A DNA stretch of 64,000 nucleotides, from NCBI GenBank assembly GCA_950097015.1, contig CATNEN010000038.1:16244001-16308000 (forward strand). Direction: 5' to 3'. Source of the DNA: Macrostomum hystrix. Lineage: Eukaryota; Animalia; Platyhelminthes. Shown one piece after another: positions 40,722 through 52,300 of the stretch (positions within the stretch are counted from its first letter, which is position 1; every line of letters begins with the position of its first letter). The notes under the pieces were generated by a model. It saw nothing but the letters and a program-made list of their open reading frames with translations, was not told where the DNA came from and searched no databases. Position numbers and translations under genes: made by a program.

Positions 40722-43700
40722 ATGGCGAAACTTCGATTGCCTGTTGTGGGATATTTGCTGGTCTTGGTAGCAGCAAAATTGACGTTGGCTACTGACGATA
40801 TATATTTGCAGTTCTACATGAATCAAGTTAAACTGGTAAGTGTTATATTTTCATTTACTAAAAAGACACGGATCAGTTGACAAATGAAAGGATAGATTAG
40901 GATATTGGCTAACGAAGAGAAAATCAATAGCATAGAATCAACAGACAACAGTTAGACATAGATAAGACACATGTTAGACATAGATAAGACACCTGTTACA
41001 CATAGATAAGACACCTGTTAGACATAGATAAGACACGTGTTAGACATAGATAAGACACGTGTTAGGGATATATAAGACACATGTTAGATATAGATAAGAC
41101 ACATGTTAGACATTAGATAAGACACCTGTTAGACAAAGAGAAAACACAGGTTAGAAAGAGACAAGACACCTGTTATATAAAGAGGAGTAATAAGTGGTAT
41201 TAGAGGTATAAGTGAGCATTAAAAAATCGATTTCCCAGTGGGACCAGCAAGGCCAGCAGGCCAAGCTACAGTCGGCGATGCTAACCGGCCTTCGTGAGTA
41301 CTGTTCCGTAACTGCCAATTTTGCCAACTGCGGCATCAACTCGACGGCGGATGTGTGAGTGGCTATTCTTCTGAAAAATAATAAAATTCATAAGAAGGGT
41401 CGTTTTATACAATAAAATGGTATTCCGCGGAAGGAGGAGTTCAGGTTTAGCAATCCGTGGCCCAAAAGTAAGTCAGTAAGTAGTATATAAAAGAGCACTC
41501 ATGCCTCACAGTCACGGAAGCAATTTTACTTTCCACGCAGTACATTCACAGCTGCCGCAGTGGTGATAAGTCCAGGATATCCGACTGATGCAAACTCTCG
41601 CTACCTGGACGTTCGCATCGGAATCGAGTACTCAGTCGGCTCCACCCCGGTGCGCTTGCCAGCCGCTGTGGTTAAAGGTATGTTTTGGTTTAAGTGAGCT
41701 CTGACTATCGACTCAGTTCAAAACGAGGTTCGAACCCAGTGATCACTGATTTGAGCAAAACCGTGAATAAGACAATAAATGCCTCATGGTTTCAGTGCAC
41801 ACAACGGTAAATATAGAACCAGCAATAGCTGGGTAGGAATTAGGAAAGGAAATAGGAAAGGCGGCTGTCAAGTCCATGGACTGAACAGCTGTACACATGC
41901 AGTCTTTAGAAACGCCGCGAAAAAACTGCCGTTGCGCTACCGGATGTACATCTGACCCAGCTGAGACTGGGAAGCGATGAGACAGGAAGATTATTTTGGT
42001 ATTCAGTCGATTGAAGCTCTCAACACCCGAATTTCAGAGATCGCAACCAGCCGGCGAGAGTCGCTCTCGTCCTCTGTCGGTTATTACTTGGTGTACATTA
42101 ATAAAGACTTCTATTCGATTCCACCGGCTAGCCTAGCCAATAAGGTGATCGTGCCGATATTTGTGCTGGGTACTCTGGTTCTAATCATAGTGGCCCTGGC
42201 GCTTAGGCATCGCCAGTAAGTGAATGAGACTTGTACATCCGGCTTGTATATCCGGGCTGGGGGGACGATGCGGGTATTTAATTTCTTCTATTTCTTCAGG
42301 CTCCGCGAACACAACAAGCGCATGAGAAGTTCCGGAAGCGAGCTCAAACCGCACCGGAAGTCCGTTGGCGGTGGCGACCAATTAACCAACCGAGGCGACA
42401 ACAAAGTGTCGGCCGCCGACTTGAAAACTAACGACCAGAAGCAGCAGAAGAAAACGGACTCTGTCCCGCTTGACGAGCAGGACACGGGAAAAAAGAAACA
42501 CAAGAAGAATTCCAAGCTGAAATCCAAGTCGAAATCAAAGGCCGGCAACAAGACATCGGAGAAAGCTACACCGGGCGCAACTATCGACTGGAGCGGCGGC
42601 GGCGGAAAGAAGGCGGCCGGAAATGGAGAGTTTAACAATATTGGGTGAGTTAAGTCCTTTGCTGCTTGCTCCCGGACGTTAATAACAATAGAAAGACCAT
42701 GGGGGTACATAAAATACACACAATTTATTTTTATCTGTACGAGTATATCATAAAATATTCCACTAAACAGCGTGAAAATCCAAACATTGTCTAACATTTT
42801 CCGCTCTATCCGATGAAAAAACTTCAATAATCACAAAACATCGGTATCGTAGAATTCAACGATTCTATTCTGCTCACAAAATAGCATCATTTAACCATGT
42901 CGGCTGTTACTGTTGATTTATTATAAACATTATATTATTGATTACTACACTATAGAAACAATATTGATTCGCTAGGTTATATGTTAGCTGTCCTTGTCAC
43001 CAGGGTCTTCGACAAGAATCGCTGAATATCTCGACGATGCTGACTCGGGCGGCTTTAAAAGTTATTTCGTCGTAAAAGGCGGAAAATTTTGATCCATATG
43101 GTGGTGGACTTTAACGGAAATCGGACATCGGTTTTGGAGCTATTATGAAGGGGACACTGGGTAATTGAAATACCCCGTGGTCTCTCTACTGTTAAGGCAA
43201 CCAGTACAAACGGACGTTTGCCCGTTGGCAATTCGCTCGTCGACATTTGCCTGTCGTCTTGTCATGTTAAGTTGTACAATGCAAACAAGCTTCAATCGAT
43301 GCTCGTTCCGTCAGCGGGGAGCTGCGCTTTACCTTCCCCCCAGTTCAAGCGTGTCATGGTGTCATGGATACAGGACTTTAGATACATTGTTAGCAAGGAT
43401 GACCTGTTTTAAGAAATTCAAGGTCACTGTATTGTATTTTTCATTTCAGCTTCGAAAAGTCCATCAACGAAGGCGATCTACGCGCCCGTCAGAGCGGCGC
43501 AAGTCACTCTGAGCATCAGCATCAGCAGCCGCTTTCAATGATCAACCAGTCGGCTAGCAACCTGTCCGAGATCATCCAGGTGCGCAGCGGAGCCGCTTCG
43601 CCAATGAGCAAAGGCCAGGACAAGGGCAAGAAGCAGAAGACCAGAAAGCGCACAGGTGACGCCGAGGAGGACAACCTCATGGACAACAGCGTGTTCAAGC

Positions 43701-43801
43701 CGCCGGAGGGTAACCTCACCGACGCTGAGCGGGAACTGTCGGCTAGCGAGGACGACGGAGTGCCAACACTGAGGGACTCTTCCGACCAGCAGATGATCTG
43801 A
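40722..43801 (+). CDS. Uncharacterised type-I single-pass membrane protein; exons 40722-40835, 41239-41354, 41541-41677, 42038-42215, 42300-42644, 43450-43801 (about 413 aa)
   Basis: Signal peptide MAKLRLPVVGYLLVLVAAKLTLA, about 130-aa ectodomain, TM VIVPIFVLGTLVLIIVALAL, Lys-rich disordered tail. All six exons join in frame at GT-AG sites. Confidence 0.75.
40952..41172 (+). repeat. About 22-bp intronic repeat (GTTAGACATAGATAAGACAC.T)
   Basis: About 9 units visible. Confidence 0.9.
41870..41975 (+). mobile_element. SINE family B 3' fragment
   Basis: AGTCCATGGACTGAACAGCTGTAC...ACATCTGACC matches the 63586 and 48690 copies. Confidence 0.65.
42686..43191 (+). mobile_element. TIR element family X, short copy (intronic)
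   Basis: Ends CAATAGAAAGACCATGGGGGTA / TACCCCGTGGTCTCTCTACTG; internal homology to 61288-62343. Confidence 0.7.
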
Positions 43802-44233
43802 CCGATTAGAACGACGTTCTAATGCTTAGAAATGTTGGAAAAGATGATCTCAGTAAAACAACACGAGAAATTGACTCTCATGCACTTGATTAAAAGCTTG
43901 ATTATCTTTTTTATGATTTCCTTAACCACTGAAACTTATTTCTTATGTTGAGCAACAAGATTTCTTCACTTTTAAGAGTTCCCCATAAACTAGCTTGCTC
44001 TAGTAGCGTAAAATTTACATCAAACAAGCATTAACTAAGCTTTAACAGCTTCACAAAAACAAGAGAAGTCACACTTTTGCTGCTAATTTATTCGTCACCT
44101 ACGATGAACAATACACGCGGGTTAGTTGTCAATCACAACACCATTAATGGCTTTTAATTATGAGAAGGATTTGTGAATCGAAATAACAAATACGAAATTT
44201 GAGGATCTAACACTGTGTATGGCTTCAATTTGT

Positions 44234-46774
44234 ACAAATCTGAGGATCTGGGATTGCGAAAGCTACAAATCTGAGGATCTGGGATTGTGAAAGCTACAAA
44301 TCTGAGGATCTGGGATTGTGAAAGCTACAAATCTGAGGATCTGGGATTGTGAAAGCTACAAATCTGAGGATCTGGGATTGTGAAGCTACAAATCTGAGGA
44401 TCTGGGATTGTGAAAGCTACAAATCTGAGGATCTGGGATTGTGAAAGCTACAAATCTGAGGATCTGGGATTGTGAAAGCTACAAATCTGAGAATCTGGGA
44501 TTGTGAAAGCTACAAATCTGAGGATCTGGGATTGTGAAAGCTACAAATCTGAGGATCTGGGATTGTGAAAGCTACAAATCTGAGGATCTGGGATTGTGAA
44601 AGCTACAAATCTGAGGATCTGGGATTGCGAAAGCTACAATTCTGAGGATCTGGGATTGTGAAAGCTACAAATCTGAGGATCTGGGATTGTGAAAGCTACA
44701 AATCTGAGAATCTGGGATTGTGAAAGCTACAAATCTGAGGATCTGGGATTGTGAAAGCTACAAATCTGAGGATCTGGGATTGTGAAAGCTACAAATCTGA
44801 GGATCTGGGATTGTGAAAGCTACAAATCTGAGGATCTGGGATTGTGAAAGCTACAAATCTGAGGATCTGGGATTGTGAAAGCTACAAATCTGAGGATCTG
44901 GGATTGTGAAAGCTACAAATCTGAGGATCTGGGATTGCGAAAGCTACAAATCTGAGGATCTGGGATTGTGAAAGCTACAAATCTGAGGATCTGGGATTGT
45001 GAAAGCTACAAATCTGAGGATCTGGGATTGCGAAAGCTACACTTCTGAGGATCTGGGATTGTGAAAGCTACAAATCTGAGGATCTGGGATTGTCAAAGCT
45101 ACAAATCTGAGAATCTGGGATTGTGAAAGCTACAAATCTGAGGATCTGGGATTGTGAAAGCTACAAATCTGAGGATCTGGGATTGTGAAAGCTACAAATC
45201 TGAGGATCTGGGATTGTGAAAGCTACAAATCTGAGGATCTGGGATTGTGAAAGCTACAAATCTGAGGATCTGGGATTGTGAAAGCTACAAATCTGAGGAT
45301 CTGGGATTGCGAAAGCTACAATTCTGAGGATCTGGGATTGTGAAAGCTACAAATCTGAGAATCTGGGATTGTGAAAGCTACAAATCTGAGGATCTGGGAT
45401 TGTGAAAGCTACAAATCTGAGGATCTGGGATTGTGAAAGCTACAAATCTGAGGATCTGGGATTGTGAAAGCTACAAATCTGAGGATCTGGGATTGTGAAA
45501 GCTACAAATCTGAGAATCTGGGATTGTGAAAGCTACAAATCTGAGGATCTGGGATTGTGAAAGCTACAAATCTGAGGATCTGGGATTGTGAAAGCTACAA
45601 ATCTGAGGATCTGGGATTGTGAAAGCTACAAATCTGAGGATCTGGGATTGTGAAAGCTACAAATCTGAGGATCTGGGATTGTGAAAGCTACAAATCTGAG
45701 GATCTGGGATTGTGAAAGCTACAAATCTGAGGATCTGGGATTGTGAAAGCTACAAATCTGAGGATCTGGGATTGCGAAAGCTACAAATCTGAGGATCTGG
45801 GATTGTGAAAGCTACAAATCTGAGGATCTGGGATTGCGAAAGCTACAATTCTGAGGATCTGGGATAGTGAAAGCTACAAATCTGAGAATCTGGGATTGTG
45901 AAAGCTACAAATCTGAGGATCTGGGATTGTGAAAGCTACAAATCTGAGGATCTGGGATTGTGAAAGCTACAAATCTGAGGATCTGGGATTGCGAAAGCTA
46001 CAAATCTGAGGATCTGGGATTGTGAAAGCTACAAATCTGAGGATCTGGGATTGCGAAAGCTACAATTCTGAGGATCTGGGATAGTGAAAGCTACAAATCT
46101 GAGAATCTGGGATTGTGAAAGCTACAAATCTGAGGATCTGGGATTGTGAAAGCTACAAATCTGAGGATCTGGGATTGCGAAAGCTACAATTCTGAGGATC
46201 TGGGATTGTGAAAGCTACAAATCTGAGGATCTGGGATTGTGAAAGCTACAAATCTGAGGATCTGGGATTGTGAAAGCTACAAATCTGAGGATCTGGGATT
46301 GTGAAAGCTACAAATCTGAGGATCTGGGATTGTGAAAGCTACAAATCTGAGGATCTGGGATTGCGAAAGCTACAATTCTGAGGATCTGGGATTGTGAAAG
46401 CTACAAATCTGAGAATCTGGGATTGTGAAAGCTACAAATCTGAGGATCTGGGATTGTGAAAGCTACAAATCTGAGGATCTGGGATTGTGAAAGCTACAAA
46501 TCTGAGGATCTGGGATTGTGAAAGCTACAAATCTGAGAATCTGGGATTGTGAAAGCTACAAATCTGAGGATCTGGGATTGTAAAAGCTAAAAATCTGAGA
46601 ATCTGGGATTGTGAAAGCTAAAAATCTGAGGATCTGGGATTGTGAAAGCTACAAATCTGAGGATCTGGGATTGTGAAGCTACAAATCTGAGGATCTGGGA
46701 TTGTGAAAGCTACAAATCTGAGGATCTGGGATTGTGAAAGCTACAAATCTGAGGATCTGGGATTGCGAAAGCTA
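44234..46774 (+). repeat. 31-bp minisatellite (ACAAATCTGAGGATCTGGGATTGTGAAAGCT), about 82 copies
   Basis: Directly visible and very homogeneous. Confidence 0.97.
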
Positions 46775-47789
46775 ATACTAGAGGATGTTGGATTGTGATG
46801 AAGGCCAAAAATTAGTACTGTATCCGAGAATAGCTAAAGAAATTTCTAAAAATATCAGCTAAAATTAAAATTCAAGGTTAGCGGTAAAAATATCACAAAA
46901 TGAAAAATTGTAGTTAAATTTGGGTTTTACTGAATGCTTTTTGGATCAGTTAATTCCCCACTAATAAACAAACCAATTTGATGAATTATATTTATGTTTT
47001 TCACAAACTTAGAGCGGCTGGGTATTAATTAATGAATAAGTTAACTGTTGCACAATTCGAACAAATTGTAACGAACGCAGACACAAAAAGGCGGCACGTG
47101 TGGCAAAAGCAGCGGTGAGAAGCATTTATTGTACTGAACTAAAACTTATCGTATTATTTTAGGATAAAAGTGTCTGAATATTGGTTCCGAAAAAATAGAG
47201 AGAGACGACAAGAAAATGGTTTAGACACCCGATTTCAAAGTTAGGAAGGCTGTCACACATCTATCAACAATTAGACAAAGAAAGCATTCGTTAGACGCAA
47301 AGACGCAAAAAAAAATAACGCAGTCTGGCGACTGGAGAAAATCAGATCTTCAGAAAAATGGACAAAATAAAATCGAGAAAGAGCAGGAAACTATTTCATA
47401 GCACACACACAACAGCGAGCACGCTTCTAAATGCTTCAGAAAACATCATCAACGGGCGTAGAAAAAGTAGATGCATCATAATGACAGAATGTCGGAAGCA
47501 GTAAGAAGCAGACAAAAGAAACACACACACACAACTAGGTCAAAGAAGGTCACAAGAAAAAACTATCATATTAATTAGCAACAAGAAAATAGACAAAATT
47601 GATAGCGAAATAAACCAAACGCTTGCGTTTTACTATTACAAGTAATACTAGTAGTTTAAAAATACAATACCCACACAGAGCCGACACTTTTTGCCCTTTG
47701 AATCGGAATGCAAACTAAAGATTTAGATTTAAGCCACAGGAGGTTAAAGTTAGGGAGGGAATAAAAAGAAAATAAAAGGGACAGGGAGA

Positions 47790-48125
47790 AAGATGAGACA
47801 GGAGAGACATGAGACAGGTAAGAGAAGAAACACGGGAGAGATGAGACAGGTAAGAGAAGAAACACGGGAGAGATGAGACACGGAAGAGAAGAGACACGGA
47901 AGAGAAGAGACACGGAAGAGATGAAACAGGGGAGACAGAAGACACGGGAGAGGTGAGACAGGTAAGAGAAGAGACACGGGAGAGATGAGACAGGTAAGAG
48001 AAGAGACACGGAAGAGATGAAACAGGGGAGACAGGAGACACGGAAGAGATGAGACAGGGGAGACAGGAGGAGACACGGAAGAGATGAGACAGGGGAGACA
48101 GGAGACACGGGAGAGATGAGACGGG
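47790..48125 (-). repeat. Purine/pyrimidine-skewed minisatellite related to the 16-bp repeat at 8020-8205
   Basis: GACACGGGAGAGATGAGACA units are the reverse complement of TGTCTCATCTCTCCCGTGTC. Confidence 0.85.
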
Positions 48126-48689
48126 GAGTGTCAGAAGGTGCTTCAGGAAGGATTTAGGAGCTCTTGAGACACTATTTGACCTGCGGACTCCTAGATTAAG
48201 TGGTTCGTTTTTTGTATAAGAAAAGAACAATGTTTATTGTTTGTGTCTGGAATACATGAACTATTATAGAATAACTACGAGATACAGGCAAAAACAGCAT
48301 CATCGAAATAGAAAAAGTAATAATTTTATTAGCTGTTCTGACAATTTAACGGGGAATTTTAGGTTCTGCTACAATCGAAACATATTAAAACTAGGTAGGC
48401 TTTAAGCGCGATTAAAACGTTAAATGGCATTAAGTTACTTCTTCAGCAGTCATACAACTGGTGTCCAGTTATCAGAGCATGTTTTGGATGATTGAGTTCA
48501 CTTTTCCGGAGCGTTTTCGGATCCGTTGGTGCCAGCCAAGTTGTCCGCTTTGTCTGGAATGAACAGTTAGTAACGTCGCACTGAATTGATGAATTGTGAC
48601 TTTTCTTCTTGCGTCTTCGCACAAAATATTGAACTAATGTAGACAAGTCCCCATTGTGCACACACTAAATAAAAATTGATAATAATTGA

Positions 48690-48972
48690 TTACACCCGTC
48701 CCAATCGGGCCAGATGTGCAGCCGACAGCACAGCCGCAGCTATTGCGCGGCGCATCTGAAGGCTGCGTACAGCTGTTCAGTCCATGGACTGGGGGGACGC
48801 CACACCCACCTTCAATTATCCCAGCTAATGCTGAGTACCCATTTAACGGCTGGGTGAACTGAAGCAATGCAGAGTTAAGTGTCTTGCTAAAGGACACCAA
48901 TTGTTTCAGTGGAGTCGGGAATCGAACCCCCGACCTTCAAGTCCGACGCCCTAACCACTAGGCTACAACCTC
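48690..48972 (-). mobile_element. tRNA-derived SINE family B with CORE-like central domain
   Basis: Reverse complement has A box TAGCCTAGTGG and B box GGTTCGATTCC, then GTGTCCTTTAGCAAGACACTTAAC...TAAATGGGTAC. Closely similar to 63586-63865. Confidence 0.85.
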
Positions 48973-48988
48973 TACAACCGAGAATCGC

Positions 48989-49217
48989 ACACACACTAAG
49001 CAATATACACAAATCCCCAGTGTACACACACTAAGCAATATACACAAATCCCTAGTGTACACACACTAAGCAGTGTACACAAATCACAGTGTACACACAC
49101 TAAGCAGTGTACACAAATCACAGTGTACACACACTAAGCAATATACACAAATCCCTAGTGTACACACACTAAGCAGTGTACACAAATCACAGTGTACACA
49201 CACTAAGCAGTGTACAC
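48989..49217 (+). repeat. About 34-bp repeat (ACACACACTAAGCAGTGTACACAAATCACAGTGT)
   Basis: About 6-7 units visible. Confidence 0.9.
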
Positions 49218-49368
49218 TAACTACTGTACATAAATCATTGTCAAAATTTGCACACAAGTTCAGCTATCAGGACGACTGCCTAACAATAACAGTAAAACAA
49301 GTCAAACATTGTGCCTAATGCACACGATAGCCAGAATACAGTAAACAAACATCTACTGTACAAAATCG

Positions 49369-52300
49369 TCACCAACCGGAAGGTCGAGCATCCGCGCAGA
49401 CTTTCAAAAACTCGGCCAACTCCTCCTTTGTCTTGAATTTGATTGCCAGCTGCTCGTTGCGGCCATCTGGCGCGGTCTCGTCGGAGAAGTCCACGCAGTA
49501 CCAGCAGACGCTTGTGGCCGAATTCGGCATGGGTTTGAATGCCAGCGAGGCGGTCAGGCGGTGATTGCAGCACAGCTTGTGAACCTGATCGCGTCGCATC
49601 ACTAGGCGACAGGCGCCGGTTCCGTCCTTCTGTTGCAGTACCTTCATCTGGCCGATGCCGCGCTCCTTCCATTGGCCGTCTGTCCAACGGTAGAGCCTGG
49701 CCCGCTGGCAGAATAGTGTAGTTTCGTCCTCTTCGCCGGATTTCACCGTCACCAGATCGGGCAGGGCAATCACAGGCTCGTAATGCGGATCATGCTCCTC
49801 GTCTTCCTCGGCCTCATTATCGTCGGCAGCAGCAGCGGCGCCGGAAATCTTCGACGGCTGCGCAGTGGCGGAGCCGAAGAGCACCGAACCGGCACCCGAC
49901 CAGGAGAATGCTCCGCCGGATGATGAGGCAGTGGCAGCGGCTGCTGCGGGAACGTCGGCAGCAACGGCGCTAGACGCCAGACTAGCAAAGGAGAACATAC
50001 TATTGGCCTTCTCGCCGAAGATGCCCATGGAGACAGTGTCCAGTTTGTCTTGTGTCTTGGGAGTATTTTTATTCATTGGCTCAGACTGCTTCTTTTCGTC
50101 AACGACGGTAGATTTCGGATTAGTGTAAGCTCCCTCGCCATCGCTGTCAGTCTGATCTTGGCGATTCTCGAAGGCGTAGAAATTATCCGGCAGCTTCAGT
50201 TGGCGAGCCCGACGAATCTGTTCTTCGCTTACGGGCGGGTCGTAGGCGACAAAGACTACTTCGCCTTCTGAGTCTTTGTCCGTTGCCGACTTGGTGTCAT
50301 TGCCGGCGCTACACGACGGCTGCTGTGCAGCATCAGTGGAAGCGGACTGGTTTGCGGCGCCAGAGATGGAAAACTTTGGCCCCTGCTGATCGGCAGACGA
50401 TGAGGCGGATCCGAAGCCGAATTTGATTCCGCCCTCGGCGGCTTTCGGGGCGCCGAACGACAGGCTGGTGAACGGTGACGATGAAGCCGCGGCGGTGGTT
50501 GCTGCGCCTGGCTTGTTGGACGGCTGACTGGTGCCAAATGTCAGGCCGCCAAAGGAGAAGCCCGGGGCGGCGGTGGTGGCAGGGGCGCCTGCAGTGGTGG
50601 CAGGAGCGGCTGCGTTGGTGGCAGGAGCGGCTGCGGTGGCGCCACCGGGCTTCGCTGTGGAGCAGCAAGGACAGACGGTCTTGTCCTTGTCGTTCTGCAC
50701 AGCGCAGGTCGGACAAGACCAGCTGCCAGCCGGTGGCTTCAGACGATCCAAGAAGCTTGGCGCGGCAGCAGCGGTGGTGGCAGGAGCGGCTCCGGTGGCG
50801 GCAGGGGCGGACGTGGCCGCAGTGGGAGCTTTCGCGTCAGTTTGCTTTCCCGCAGTCTGCAGCGCTTTCTGGCACTCGGCGAACTTGGCTTTGAAGTCAG
50901 CCAGCTGCTCGGGAGTCTTGAACCTGACGCACAGGATTTCCATCTTGGCCTCGCCGTCCGAGAAGTCGTTGGCACTCCAGGAGACAGCGTTGGCCACGTT
51001 CTGAACATCAGTGAGCTTCATGGCAGCATCGATCCAGTGATTGGCGCACAGCTTCTTCACCTGGTCACGCCGCATCACAATGCGATACTTGGCGCTGTCC
51101 TGGTTATGCAGAATCTTCAGTTCGCCGACTCCGCGCGACTTCCACTCGCCGCTGACGAAGCGGTAGAGGGCGGCACGCTCCGTGAACAGCCGCACATCCG
51201 ACTCCTCGCCCGTCTTCAGGTCCACCTGGGCAATGTGAAGCAACCAATGTTAAGTTACGGGACCTTTTAATTTGGAATAGTCGAGTGAAGTGGCTGTAAG
51301 AATCGTGAGTATAGGTTAATTGAAAAAGGACAACAATGAGCTAACCTTATCCGGCAGGCTAACAACGGGAGTGAAGTCTACCGAAGGCTCGAAATTCTCC
51401 GGATTGTCAGCCGAGTCGTCCGCGGCGGCAGCGGCCGAAGAGGCTGGCGGAGGCGCCGCAGCAGCAGCAGCAGCAATTGATGCACTGGCCGCAATTGGAG
51501 CGGAAGTCGGCAATGGTGGCCCACCGGCAGCCGAAGTTGAGCCGAACGAGAATGAGCCGAAGCCGAAGGTTGCGGGAGCTCCGGCAGCGGGACCGGCGCC
51601 AGTTGCAGTTGCTGGCTTTGGCGGCATGCCGAAAGAGAAGCTGGCAAATGTTGAAGGTCCGGAAGACGCCGAAGCGCTTGTTGTTGTGGTTGTATTAGCT
51701 GCACTGCCGCTGCTAGCAACAGCTGTCTTTGGAGCGCCGAACGAGAAGGTGGTGAACGGTGACGATAAAGCCGCGGCGGTGGTCGCTGCGCCTGGCTTGT
51801 TGGACGGCTGACTGGTGCCAAATTTAAAGCCGCCAATGGAGAAGCCCGGAGCTGCGGTGGTGGCAGGGGCGCCTGCAGTGGTGGCAGGAGCGGCTGCGTT
51901 GGTGGCAGGAGCGCCTGCAGTGGTTGCAGGAGCGGCTGCGGTGGCGCCACCGGGCTTCGCTGTGGAGCAGCAAGGACAGACGGTCTTGTCCTTGTCGTTC
52001 TGCACAGCGCAGGTCGGACAAGACCAGCTGCCAGCCGGTGGCTTCAGACGATCCAGGAAGCTTGGCGCGGCAGCAGCGGTGGTGGCAGGAGCGGCTCCGG
52101 TGGCGGCAGGGGCGGACGTGGCCGCAGTGGGAGCTTTCGCGTCAGTTTGCTTTCCCGCAGTCTGCAGCGCTTTCTGGCACTCGGCGAACTTGGCTTTGAA
52201 GTCAGCCAGCTGCTCGGGAGTCTTGAACCTGACGCACAGGATTTCCATCTTGGCCTCACCGTCCGAGAAGTCGTTGGCACTCCAGGAAACAGCGTTGGCC

